A stretch of 64,000 nt of DNA from an uncultured Nitrososphaeraceae archaeon (GTDB taxonomy: Archaea > Thermoproteota > Nitrososphaeria > Nitrososphaerales > Nitrososphaeraceae). The notes under the pieces were generated by a model. The model saw only the letters and a program-made list of their open reading frames with translations, had not been told where the DNA came from and did no database searches. Shown piece by piece: positions 45,830 to 57,000 of this stretch (the first letter of the stretch is position 1; each line of letters starts with the position of its first letter). The stretch is taken from NCBI GenBank assembly GCA_963837175.1, contig CAWIMJ010000005.1, positions 12,807-76,806 on the forward strand. Direction: 5' to 3'. A program made the position numbers and the translations under genes.

Positions 45830-46104
45830 AAGTTAATATCATCAATTATAATATGTTCAGCTATAATAACATATTTGCAAACTGATTAGCTTCAAGATTT
45901 TGGCAATGTGACTTGGAATTATCGATAAAAAATGGTCTTTACTTTGGCTGTTAGGAGATTTTTATATATGTAACATCAAATATTAAAAGTACTGATCCAT
46001 AAAAAGGATTTAGGCTCTTTTTCCTTTGATGTAGCAAACACAATCCTTGATATTGAAAATTCATGGAGGGGATTGTCTATTCATAACTATAACTGCCAGA
46101 AAGG

Positions 46105-47421
46105 ATGATCATTAAAATGCGCACTATCAAACGGTCTAAGGAGTTAGAACGTAAGGGATCAAAATTCATGCCATCTGGGGCTGCTGATTCTATTTTTATA
46201 AATAATGCTAGAGGTTCACATATTTGGGATGTTGACGGAAATGAATACATCGATTATAAGTTGGGTTGGGGTCCAATCATCCTAGGTCACAGTGATCCTG
46301 CAGTTCAGAAGAACGTGCATGAATATGACAATAAAGGAATATGCTACGCTCTTGGCCATCCGCTAGAAATCGTGGTAGCAAAGAAGATAAAATCTCTAGT
46401 CCCCAGTGCCGAGATGATTCGGTTCTTTGTCACAGGAACTGAGGCTACTATGCATGCAATTAGAATAGCTATTGCTTATACAAAAAAAGAAAGGATAGTA
46501 AAGTTTGAATGTCACTACCATGGTACCCATGATTACGCATTATTCTCTGTAGAACCTAACCCTCGGACTGCTCCGGGCAAACCACAACCTAATTGTTGGG
46601 TAATTCCCAACGCTCTAAAAGAGCTAGTCGTAGTTGAACAATGGAATGATTTTGATGCTGTAGAGAAAACTATCAGGAAGAGTGCGAGCAACATCGCTGC
46701 CATAATTACAGAACCAATCATGACAAATAATGCTGTCATTTCTCCTCGAGAGGGCTACTTGCATTTTCTCAAGGAACTATGTGAAAAAAATGATATTGTG
46801 TTAATATTCGACGAAGTAAAGACTGGGTTCAGAGTAGCTGAAGGAGGAGCCCAACAATTGTTTGGTGTGAAACCTCATTTGAGTACTTTTGCCAAAGCCT
46901 TGGGCAATGGTTATCCTATTTCTGCAGTGGTTGGATTGGAAGACATAATGCGAAATTATGCAAATAATAGAGTTATACTTTATCAGAGTACCTATGCAAG
47001 AAATCCTGTATCGCTTGCGGCTGCAGACGCAACACTAAATCAAATAAAGAAGATGTATGTGCATTCGAATATTGGAAAGATAGGCAATGCCCTTATGAAG
47101 GGGATTCTAGAAATCTTGAACGATATGAAGATGTATGACGTTATAGTGCAAGGATATCCATCTATGTTTCAATTGCTATTTACCAAACAAGATAGAGTTT
47201 ATAATTACAGAGAATTCGTCAAATGCAATAGAGGTTTATTTACAAAGTTGCAAGAGAGACTTTTAGAAAAGGGAGTTATGCTGGATGAATATAACAGTGA
47301 GGCCTGGTACACATCTGCTTCTCATAACCGCAGTCACCTAGAGCAAACTATGGAGGCGTTCCAAGCAAGTTTACCACTTCTCTCTGCATCTAGTAGTAGA
47401 AAACTGCGGAAAAAGGCGTAA
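46105..47421 (+). CDS. Class-III PLP aminotransferase (GSA-aminomutase-like)
   Basis: WDVDGNEYIDY, GTEA, LIFDEVKTGFR and the PLP lysine in TFAKALGNG. Confidence 0.9.
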   Translation: MIIKMRTIKRSKELERKGSKFMPSGAADSIFINNARGSHIWDVDGNEYIDYKLGWGPIILGHSDPAVQKNVHEYDNKGICYALGHPLEIVVAKKIKSLVPSAEMIRFFVTGTEATMHAIRIAIAYTKKERIVKFECHYHGTHDYALFSVEPNPRTAPGKPQPNCWVIPNALKELVVVEQWNDFDAVEKTIRKSASNIAAIITEPIMTNNAVISPREGYLHFLKELCEKNDIVLIFDEVKTGFRVAEGGAQQLFGVKPHLSTFAKALGNGYPISAVVGLEDIMRNYANNRVILYQSTYARNPVSLAAADATLNQIKKMYVHSNIGKIGNALMKGILEILNDMKMYDVIVQGYPSMFQLLFTKQDRVYNYREFVKCNRGLFTKLQERLLEKGVMLDEYNSEAWYTSASHNRSHLEQTMEAFQASLPLLSASSSRKLRKKA

Positions 47422-47502
47422 ATCCATTATAATATATTTTGTTATGTCTCTTTTCTCCTAAGCAAATATTTTGAAGCATGATTTAAAATCTTAATGTTTT
47501 TT

Positions 47503-47622
47503 TTACTGTTGACTCTTCCAATGGCGTAACAACTTTTTGATAATGTCATCCATAGTTTCTTCATATGATCCAATCTTCGTGAGCTCGCGATGTGTTTCGT
47601 CACTAATTCTTAGTGTCTTCAT
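47503..47622 (-). CDS. 39-aa ribbon-helix-helix/antitoxin-like protein (not in the ORF track)
   Basis: MKTLRISDETHRELTKIGSYEETMDDIIKKLLRHWKSQQ. Confidence 0.8.
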   Translation of the reverse strand: MKTLRISDETHRELTKIGSYEETMDDIIKKLLRHWKSQQ

Positions 47623-47667
47623 ATTATTATTGAACAGGTGAATTCGACCATCAATATTATATATCTG

Positions 47668-47694
47668 TTATGCAATTTATGCAATTTATGCAAT
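47668..47694. promoter_or_regulatory. Triple 9-bp direct repeat between divergent genes (candidate operator)
   Basis: TTATGCAAT three times in tandem, next to TATATATAAA. Confidence 0.55.
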
Positions 47695-47731
47695 ATATAT
47701 AAATTATATTTAATATACTAATAGTAACAAA

Positions 47732-47914
47732 ATGAACAGCAAACAAGCAGTAATAGCAACAAATCAAACAGTAAAACAAATGTTCAAAAGAGACCAGGAT
47801 TTTGAGCGTATGTTGCTTACCTCTGATCTTGATCTTGCCCCTGGTTATAACTATCTTGATCTAGATAAGGATTACAAAAAGAGAAGGAAGATTAGCAAGA
47901 AGAGTAACTGTTAG
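47732..47914 (+). CDS. Small hypothetical protein divergent from the RHH gene
   Basis: ATG ORF preceded by a TATA-like box. Confidence 0.5.
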   Translation: MNSKQAVIATNQTVKQMFKRDQDFERMLLTSDLDLAPGYNYLDLDKDYKKRRKISKKSNC

Positions 47915-47965
47915 TGTTGCGGCAGTAGAAATAACGACAATAATATAATAACAACAACACCTTTT

Positions 47966-48271
47966 CTATCGTTGCCTAGCAAAATACTTTCGATTCTCAA
48001 TCATCTGTTTAACTAGATGACGATGACAGAATTCATCTTCCTTTTCAATACATAACAAGGTGACTATTTTTTTATTTTCTTTATTATCAATCGCTTTATT
48101 GCGTAACATTACAAGCAGTCTCAGAGCATTTTGATTCTTCATTATTTCATTGTTAAATCGTGTTATATATTCTTCTTTAGATATTCTCTTTTTATTCTTG
48201 TCTTTAGGATACCAGTCTCTATGAAGTTCCTTGCCTGGTGCTATGTCTCTAAGCCAATCAACAATATGCAA
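47966..48271 (-). CDS. DUF488-family protein, N-terminus missing
   Basis: WL.DIAP..EL...Y..RF and VTLLC.E.....CHRHLV. Confidence 0.75.
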   Translation of the reverse strand: MHIVDWLRDIAPGKELHRDWYPKDKNKKRISKEEYITRFNNEIMKNQNALRLLVMLRNKAIDNKENKKIVTLLCIEKEDEFCHRHLVKQMIENRKYFARQR

Positions 48272-48499
48272 TTGCTTCTTTGAGTTTATTCTTCATGCAG
48301 TTCACTTGTAAATAATGATGGGTCGTTAACTTCAGAAGGTACACACGCAATGCATTGTATACGAAATGGTGCACTATTGGCTCTTGGAGCCGGCGGTTTT
48401 TCTACAATTACACCTGGCCTTATTATTAGTGAATTCCCTCAATGTAAGAAAGCATCATTGCTGTTTTGAAAAAGATTCATTGAGAAACTACCCAGTATA

Positions 48500-48637
48500 T
48501 CAAGAATAGAATTGAGAATTTGACGATTATTTTTTATGTATTAGAAAAAAGGTATGAATTAAAATATAATAGAAATGGGTTCAATCTATTTGTTGATCAT
48601 TACAATAAAGGGGAAATATCTTAAATTAACACAGTCC
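48500..48637 (+). mobile_element. IS6 3' remnant
   Basis: KNRIE../DDYF../FNLFVDHYN fragments and a degenerate IR TTAAATTAACACAGTCC. Confidence 0.65.
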
Positions 48638-48796
48638 TGAATATGAAAGGAAATGTCGTCATAAGCTAATTTGAAATATTATAATCTATAAGAAGACCAA
48701 TCATCAAATTTATGTTTGGTAGAGTAACAATAGTGGTTCTTATTTTTCTATACGATAAAAAATCTTATTAATACAGGTATATTGATATTGTTATCA

Positions 48797-49111
48797 ATGG
48801 CATTGTATGGTATATATGGAAATCACACAACAGAATCCTGTCCCCTCAACAATATACAAAGCAGAAAGATTGTATTAAATATGGCTGAAGATTTCGATAA
48901 TATTGCTAATAAAAATAAGATAAAGATCTTAGAACAATACCATTCAGCATTGGAACATACATTTCTCTGGATAGTAGATACAGAAAATGCACATTCAGTG
49001 GAGCGTTTTATGATTGAATCAGGATGGGCAGCATTTAATGCTGTCAAGATAGTTCCCCTAGGAAGATACCAAAATGTCATTGACGCATGTAAAAAACTAG
49101 GTACTTCATGA
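48797..49111 (+). CDS. Small dimeric alpha/beta-barrel-like protein (DUF3303/GYD-like)
   Basis: H..ESCP, EH.FLWIVD..NAH.V and V.IVP motifs. Confidence 0.65.
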   Translation: MALYGIYGNHTTESCPLNNIQSRKIVLNMAEDFDNIANKNKIKILEQYHSALEHTFLWIVDTENAHSVERFMIESGWAAFNAVKIVPLGRYQNVIDACKKLGTS

Positions 49112-49978
49112 GATGTGAGGACAATAAGATTCCAACAATATATTCAATCTTGTTGAATATTATTTCTATTAATCTAACAATCCCCTAGTGGTAGGAAACA
49201 TATATCTAAAGGCATTGTAGGCCTAATCTTCTTCAAAGAAAGGCCTAAACTAAATATAAAAACCTGGGGAGTCATTTGCAAATTGGTTTATTGTAATCAT
49301 TTCACATATTTTGTCTTGGAGCTCTGAATGTTCAGCCAATTTCTTTTGCCTCAAACAACCTTAGTATAACTAATACTATATTCTTAGAATTGTTTATATC
49401 TTTCATATACAAAAATCCTCATATGGCAGAATTAGGTGAAAGTGAGCAAGATAGTAAGGATGAAGAAAAAGAAACTGAAATGTTGCCTATTTCTAATAAA
49501 GGGAAGATAGAGTAAAAAGATATCCAAATGACACAATGAACTCATATGCTTGTGTAAATGCTACCTTATAGTAAAATGCAGATGATATACGTCATTCTAC
49601 TGTACCCAAATTCCCATTTGTTTATTTGCTTCTGTTCTGAGGATAGTGCGTTAAATAAAGGAATTAGTATGAAGTAATGATGTTCGTAAATTCAGACCAA
49701 ATTTTTGGGGTATGATTGTTTCAAAAATCTATAGAGAAATATTCGTTACTTATTTTATTATCTATAAAAATTAAATCTCAATTGTTTAATATCGGCTGCA
49801 ATACTCACTATTCTCTTCATTGACAAAGAGGCAGATTTTTTACAATCCCTATCTTGCTTTAGATTACTTTACATGTTATCGTTGTAGATTGTTTTTTTCT
49901 CTTTTGTAATAATTATTTTTTTACAATGTTTTGTAAACCTATACTTTAAATTTCCTATTGTATATTTTTTATAGTAAA

Positions 49979-51040
49979 ATGAAGGCAGCAGTATATCATG
50001 AACATAATAAAGATCCACAAAAAGTTATAAAAATAGAAGAGATAGAAATTCCTAAAATTAAGCATAACCAAGTTCTTATAAAAGTTGAAGCAGCATCTTA
50101 TAATTATAATGATCTTTGGGGAATATGGGGAGAACCAATTAAGATTCCTCTTCCTCACATTTCTGGAAGCGATATTTCCGGAACAGTAGTAGATGTTGGA
50201 GAAAATGTTTTAGATATAAAAAAAGGAGACAGAATAGTAGGCCATCCCAATCTAACGTGTAGAATATGTAAGGATTGTACTTCTGGCAAAGAATATGATT
50301 GTCGCCAAAGACAAGTATGGGGTTTTCAAACTGGTCCTTTATGGGGAGGATTTGCTCAATATACATATTTACCAGAAGTCAATATTATAAAAATCCCAGA
50401 TAATCTTTCTTTTCAACACGCAGCGGCTATTTCTATGGTTGGAATGACAGCCTGGCACATGTTAGTTACTAGAGCTAATATTCAACCAGGACAAACTGTT
50501 TTGATTATGGGAGGTGGAAGTGGTATGGGAATAGCAGGTATTCAAATTGCAAAGTTGTTCAATTGTGATATTATTGCAACAGCTGGCAATCAAGAAAAAA
50601 TGGATAAATGTCTTGAATTAGGTGCTGATCATGTTGTAAATCATAGAGAATCAGATTGGTACAAGAAAGTTAGAAATTTAACAGCAAATAATAATCAAGG
50701 AGAAGGTGTAGATATTATTTTTGAACATATTGGAAAGTCTGTATTTGCACAAGAAGTTAGTCTCTTAAAGATGGGAGGCACCTTAGTATCTACTGGAGCC
50801 ACAACTGGATATGACTCGAAACTAGACTTGAGATATCTCTTCTTTAGAGGACTAAATCTTATTGGAGCTACTCAAGGAACGAAGGCAGGATTAGAAGAAG
50901 TAATTAAATGGACAAGTAAAGGAAAAATAAAAGCAATAATAGATACGATTTATCCATTTGAAGATATGGTGATGGGTCACATAAAAATGATGGAATCACA
51001 ATTGTTTGGGAAGTTAGTTACTACTCCACAAAAATTATAA
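49979..51040 (+). CDS. Zn-containing medium-chain dehydrogenase/reductase
   Basis: PHISGSD, structural Zn site CRIC..C......DC and GGGSGMG. Confidence 0.92.
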   Translation: MKAAVYHEHNKDPQKVIKIEEIEIPKIKHNQVLIKVEAASYNYNDLWGIWGEPIKIPLPHISGSDISGTVVDVGENVLDIKKGDRIVGHPNLTCRICKDCTSGKEYDCRQRQVWGFQTGPLWGGFAQYTYLPEVNIIKIPDNLSFQHAAAISMVGMTAWHMLVTRANIQPGQTVLIMGGGSGMGIAGIQIAKLFNCDIIATAGNQEKMDKCLELGADHVVNHRESDWYKKVRNLTANNNQGEGVDIIFEHIGKSVFAQEVSLLKMGGTLVSTGATTGYDSKLDLRYLFFRGLNLIGATQGTKAGLEEVIKWTSKGKIKAIIDTIYPFEDMVMGHIKMMESQLFGKLVTTPQKL

Positions 51041-52103
51041 AGTTAGTTAAAAATAGAATATAGCATTAACCATATATTATCAAGCAAGTATTGAAAGTCC
51101 AAATTATAGAATATAAAATGACTCAAATAAAAAAGAGGTACTTCTTTAGTTATATTATATGTAATTGGCCCCACATTGATAGCACTATTTTTGGGATTCT
51201 GAAATAAAAAAAGTGAAAACAGATATTGGAAATCAAGAATCCAATAGTAATTTCGAAGTAAAGGATAACCTCCTGAAACTAAAGGGCTCAGCTGCTTGAT
51301 AATTAAAATAGTATATTTTTTTGAATACGAATCAGGTTATTATTTTTTCTTTGGAAAATCATGTAATTCATTAGATACACATCTCAAGCAATTCCTTGGT
51401 TCATTATACTACTCAGATATGAAATGTAAAAGCATTTAGAGCATTGCAATCGAGAAAGTGTGCTTGTCAGTTCCAAAGAATTCTCGAACTTTTTTAGTAC
51501 TTGACGTGAAGTTAAGTTTTCAACTACAGCATTTATCATTTCATTCATATGCTCGCGAAGTAGAATTTCTATACCTCAAATACAAACTAGTCATATCCTG
51601 TGCAAGTGACTCTTTTTTAAATTGTTGTAGTCTGCCTTGATTCGATTGCCGAAACAAATGATCACGCAAATACCATTCAAATTCCCTAATTTCTACATCT
51701 TCTTGCAATGGATAGTAACAAAATAACTAATAACTTTTGTCCAATAAAAATATGCTCTATTCTCTATTCTTACGTTAATTAATGATACTATTGAATCCCT
51801 TTACATGCATGGAGCAAACCACCTTGGACCCACGATGTGTTACTTTATATTGGTAACAATATAAATAACAAATATTACTTCGACCTATTTATGTATACGT
51901 TTCAAGCAGATAGGTTCGTGTGGGTAGTTGTTAGAGAGTATTTACTATCATTTTAATGATTGGTTAACAGATGATAATTAGTATGGTTAAATTAGCATGT
52001 GAAACAAACTCGTCTTAATTAAATATCGATTTAAGAGTATTTTCAAAGTTAAGAAAATAATAATATAATAAATAAATATTATTAACATAAAACAAGACAT
52101 ATA

Positions 52104-52500
52104 ATGGCAATCAACAAGGAGACAAAGAGCCTTGGTATGCCTTGGGAGAAAGAGTATGGTTACTCCCAGGCGGTGAAAGTTGGAGACACTATCTATCTAT
52201 CTGGACAGGTAAGTCATGACGACAGTGGAAATATCGTCGGTCTCAGGGATATGGAGGCTCAGATGCGGCAGGCATATATCAACATCCAGAAAGTGCTCGC
52301 ACAGTATGGGGCAACAATAGACAATGTAGTAGATGAAGTAGTCTTTGTGACAGATATGGATGCGGCCTTCGTAGCTGCGGTCAAGTGCAGGCCGGAGATC
52401 TTTTCCGGTCACTCCCGTTGTGGCAAGTACTATTGTGCAAATTCAACGTCTTGCGTTCCCTGAACTCATGATCGAGATTAGGTGTGTAGCCAAGTTGTAG
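52104..52500 (+). CDS. RidA/YjgF family protein, frameshift near 52410
   Basis: YSQAVKVGDTIYLSGQ. The shifted frame gives PVVASTIVQIQRLAFPELMIEI. Confidence 0.88.
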
Positions 52501-52950
52501 AACCCTCTTTGTAAAGTGAAAGATGGGTATGGATAAGCTGGGTATTATTAATGGCTGCTCCCGATGGCCTACTTGATTTGGTGATGTTAGAATCAAAAAT
52601 ACTTTTTAAGAACATGAATAATATAAGATGGTATTGTCCAATAATGGGAATAGCTCTCAAGAAAAGATAGTTGTAAAAATGGTTCCACGATGGAGCTGGA
52701 GCATCTTCGCTTTTAGGTGCAAGTATGACACATGTAGGAATTATTCTACCATACGACATGTAGAGAAAGCGAGGTACAACCTGGTCTGGTTCCTCTGTCA
52801 GCTCTTCTTGACTAGACCATTCTTTTACAAAAACTAATATGCAAGATCGAATTCTCTATCCTTAGATTGCAAAATGTCAATCATATAAAAATTAATTTCA
52901 GTTTATCGATTGAATATTCAGATATCCTACACTTTATATTTTTGAAAGTT

Positions 52951-53286
52951 TCAGAATATAGGCTTTTTCATTTTGGATCCACATTTTTTGCATTTGGCTC
53001 CTTTGACCTCTGTGTCGCATGATATACAGCTAAATTTCAGCTTTGCATTTTTATCTATGCCATACTGGTCGTTATTATTACTATTATTATTGTCATCAAA
53101 ACCAAATAATCTTAAACCAGCAGTTTGTTTTTTTCTAATGTAAAAGATAATTCCAATAAATAAGGCAGTATTAACTATAAAACCTATCAGTGCGCCCAAG
53201 AAATAGCTTATTACTAGGTATATCCCAATACCCGCACCTATGAGTATCAGAGGTCGTTTCGAGGATGAGCTAAGAGGATTGTTCAT
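52951..53286 (-). CDS. Two-TM protein with a C-terminal Zn ribbon
   Basis: TM pair plus CISC...CKKCGS. Confidence 0.75.
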   Translation of the reverse strand: MNNPLSSSSKRPLILIGAGIGIYLVISYFLGALIGFIVNTALFIGIIFYIRKKQTAGLRLFGFDDNNNSNNNDQYGIDKNAKLKFSCISCDTEVKGAKCKKCGSKMKKPIF

Positions 53287-53725
53287 ATCTAATTTTCTCC
53301 TTGTTTTAAGAACAGTATATCACTATCATCATCATTTATCAAAGTTATGTAGAAAAATAGGATTGTGGCAACTCGGACATACACAGAATCTCAGACATAT
53401 ATATAAGATTCTTGGACACTATTTTAATTACGCCATGAATTTATGGTCTACTCGAATTTAGACTAATATTATTAACCCTTTTTATATTTCCATAGTATTT
53501 CTGATAAATAATGGAACACAAATGAAAATACAAGGAGTTAGAGGAAACGAGAGGTCTAAAGTACTCGACTATAGCATGCGATAGATTTTAGAAGTATTCA
53601 AATTAGTACAAGGATTCTCACTCTTACTACTAGTACCTTGATATTCATCCCTAGATAATTCTATACTACTTACTATTATGAAATGATCAATATGTATAAA
53701 ATAGACTCAGATAATATCATAATAT

Positions 53726-54064
53726 ATGAGCAAATTTGGACTTTATTCTGACAAACCACCTATTTCATTTGAAAGCCATTTGGAAAAGCTAGAAGAACAA
53801 ATAAAGACTTCATTGCTCAATTTAAGAACTTTTGTAAAATCGCTAGGAAACAACATCATTGAAGAAGTTAGACCACATAGAATAGTTTATGCTAAATCCT
53901 TAACCTTTAGGACCTTTTTAGACATACAACCAAGAGATAATTGTTTAGTAGTTTCGATAAGAAAAAGTAGAAATCAGCCTGTTATAACTCGTACAGTTAA
54001 TACTTCACAAGAATTAGAAAATGTCAAATACCAAATTGCAGAAGCGTACGAAACAATTAGATAA
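53726..54064 (+). CDS. DUF5655/YdhG-like domain protein
   Basis: LR.FV.SLG..I.E......IVY.....F.DI and ...EAYE. Confidence 0.6.
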   Translation: MSKFGLYSDKPPISFESHLEKLEEQIKTSLLNLRTFVKSLGNNIIEEVRPHRIVYAKSLTFRTFLDIQPRDNCLVVSIRKSRNQPVITRTVNTSQELENVKYQIAEAYETIR

Positions 54065-54371
54065 CGATGTTGACGACTTGTGTTAATGTTCATATGAACC
54101 GACTGACAGAAAATTAGTAGACGAGTCAGACATCTCATTATCTTTGGATTGGGTCATTGAATCAAACTTTAACAATTGATACTAACAAAAAGCTATTATA
54201 TCAATGCTGGAATATGACTCACAATTCGCATCAACACCTATGATCCTTTGGTTATCTGTCAGTCATCTAGTGACATTGTAAACCATGAACATATAGATTC
54301 CTTCTATACTTTGTTGTTATCATCTGATAGACTAGATTACAATAAATAGATTAAGAAACAACTCTGAATGT

Positions 54372-54830
54372 TTGCGAACCTTAAAGCATATATTTATTGT
54401 AAATAAGAATATAGATAAAGTTTGGGAATTTTATACTGATATTAAACATCTTGAAATAATAACTCCAAAGGAAATAAACCTCAAAATCATTAATTCAACT
54501 ACGGGCCAAAAATTAATTCAAGGATCAGAAATTTGGATTGTTGGAAAAATAATATTTCTAAGAAAAACGACGTGGCGTTCTAGGATTACATTTCTATATA
54601 TGCATGAATATGTGGATGAGATGTTAAAGGGTCCATTCAAAAGATGGAGACATTTACATAGGTTCCATGACATCAACCAAAAACAAACACAAGTAATAGA
54701 TGAAGTAGATTTTGAACTACCATATGGCATCATAGGAAAGTCATTATTCGAAAGTTATACATATAATCGGCTTGAGAAAGTCTTTGCTTACAGAAAAAAA
54801 GCTACAATTAAAGCATTAGAAAACATCTAG
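54372..54830 (+). CDS. SRPBCC family protein
   Basis: VWEFY...L..ITP, YVDEM.KGPF..W.H.HRF and F.YR. Confidence 0.88.
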   Translation: MRTLKHIFIVNKNIDKVWEFYTDIKHLEIITPKEINLKIINSTTGQKLIQGSEIWIVGKIIFLRKTTWRSRITFLYMHEYVDEMLKGPFKRWRHLHRFHDINQKQTQVIDEVDFELPYGIIGKSLFESYTYNRLEKVFAYRKKATIKALENI

Positions 54831-55269
54831 ATTAGATATAGAATAAACTAAAATTAACATTATTTTTTAATTCACAAACTCCTACTTTGCAACTATTGTT
54901 ATAATTGAACTGGATTATTTAACTTGTCTAACAATAATAATAAAATTATCTTTTCAAGCGGTAGTAATACCCTCTTTTTTTATTTCAACGCTTAAGTGTA
55001 CTGCCTATTTGGATTAGGACTGATACACAATGATAGAGGAACAACAATGACAACGACGTCAAAACATATTTACTATGGAGTTAGAAACATAGAAAAGTTT
55101 TGGATATGGTATATGGTATAAGAAGATATAGATATGTTCCACAAAATAATAGTAAATGTTAAAGGAGAGTACATCGAAGCATTCAATCCTAAAGGGGAGA
55201 ATGGGACCCTATTAATTCTCTCTTTACGCCATAATTATTTATATTGATAGAGATATTGATATCTATTAT

Positions 55270-55479
55270 ATGGCAACTAGAGATGAACACATCATTAGGT
55301 GTAGTGAATGTGGACGAGGATTGATAGTCAAGGACACCATTAATAATGGCGTAGCTTTTCTAAGTCATTTGAAATTAGACCATGGTATTACATATATTGT
55401 TCAACAAATGACTGAACCAAAGATCACAAGTAAAAGTATAAAAAGTATAGAAGAGCAGATATACAAACTAAACCGCTAA
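55270..55479 (+). CDS. Small C2H2-like zinc-binding protein
   Basis: CSECG...HLKLDH. Confidence 0.6.
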   Translation: MATRDEHIIRCSECGRGLIVKDTINNGVAFLSHLKLDHGITYIVQQMTEPKITSKSIKSIEEQIYKLNR

Positions 55480-55629
55480 TCACTTAACTTTCCTTTTGCA
55501 TATGCATATGCCATATATTCTAAAATGTCAGGTGTGAATATGAATCATTTTGATCTATCTCTATGTATAGATCATTTAGCTAGTTGTTACCTAAAGTCTA
55601 TATAATAACTTGTATAGATATTTCTATGT

Positions 55630-56289
55630 TTGGATGCTAGGGATCATATAGACTTTTATACAATTCTAGGAATATCTCAATATGCTAAATATCGTGAGAT
55701 TAAAGTAGCATATAGACGTCTAGCTTTGAAATATCATCCGGATAGAAATAGTTCACCTTTTGCTGAAGATGCTATAAAGCGAATAAATGCTGCTTTTGAA
55801 ATTCTTTCAGATAAAGATAAAAGAAGACAATATGACAAGGCCGCAGTTTTTAATAGTATATCACAGAATAATGAAAAGAATCAAACTCAACCATATTCAT
55901 CTTATACTTATGATAATAATAGTGTTTATTCTGATTCTGATCATAGTAATACTGGTAATGATTATGATTTCAACCTAAAACAAGATGATAAAAATGATGC
56001 AGATGATAAATCAGAAAGAACTACAACAACAACAAATAATATATTTGGTAAATCAAAAAGCCGTTTTCAGATAATTGTAGAACCTACGCTATGCATGGCA
56101 TTTGGAAGTTGTGAGATACTTGCTCCAAATGTATTTGTAGTTGAGAAAGATAAAATGATAAATCCAAAAGCAAAAGTCAAGTCAGAAACCGGTGCTGATT
56201 TTGAAACAATAGTTGCTGCAGCTCAGACATGTCCTACTAAAGCAATTATAATTATAGATAGGTATACTGGTGAACAAATTTATCCTTAG
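55630..56289 (+). CDS. DnaJ-ferredoxin fusion (DnaJ-Fer)
   Basis: J domain with HPD; C-terminal CMAFGSC...AAQTCPTKAI ferredoxin. Confidence 0.92.
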   Translation: MDARDHIDFYTILGISQYAKYREIKVAYRRLALKYHPDRNSSPFAEDAIKRINAAFEILSDKDKRRQYDKAAVFNSISQNNEKNQTQPYSSYTYDNNSVYSDSDHSNTGNDYDFNLKQDDKNDADDKSERTTTTTNNIFGKSKSRFQIIVEPTLCMAFGSCEILAPNVFVVEKDKMINPKAKVKSETGADFETIVAAAQTCPTKAIIIIDRYTGEQIYP

Positions 56290-57000
56290 TTAAAAATTGG
56301 AAATGATAAAAATAACAATTCAAAAAAGAATAAACACTATAATAAAATAATAGTTACCGAAAGGAAGAAGATGATAGAAATTCTTAGGAGATAGAATAAT
56401 AGAAGAAAGAGGAAATTTTATCGATCTGGGATAACTGATTTGTCTTATTATTTTCTAGCAAAATATGTTACTTGATAGTACAGCACAGCATTACATTGAA
56501 TTTCATTAACTTAACGTGTACTCTTATCTATATTATGAAGTCACAAATAGTAGTAGACTTCTGTTGTTTTATGTTATCAAAATAGAGATACTATTGACTA
56601 TGCGTGCACTGCTTGTATCCAGAGTTTTACAAGGAACAAAAGTGGAAAGATATATAATATTTGCAATAGGAGCCGATATATTTTTAGAAGCAGAATCAGA
56701 TTCTGACTCTTTGAAATGGTGTTTCTTCTTTTGTTTTCAACATTTTTATGGATGTCTTCATACGTCTTCTTCTCATATACTCACTTAAGAAAAAGATAAA
56801 AAGATTATTTATTAATGCTATTTTGTTATCAGGCAAGAAATATCTTAAAATAAAAAATGTTCTTTGTTGCTTTGTAATATGGGAGATACTCTATTTAAAC
56901 TGTGAATTAAAAAATTGTCTATAAATTTTACATTTTATGATTTTTACTCTGTTCACTGTAATGTGTATAAAATATAAGAGCAATTATTCAAGGTTATTGT

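Noticed and set aside
46105-47421. Assigning the symbol hemL
   Set aside because: HemL-specific motifs are missing.
56516-56788. 90-aa ORF
   Set aside because: Atypical composition, no motifs, and the opposite strand is also interrupted.
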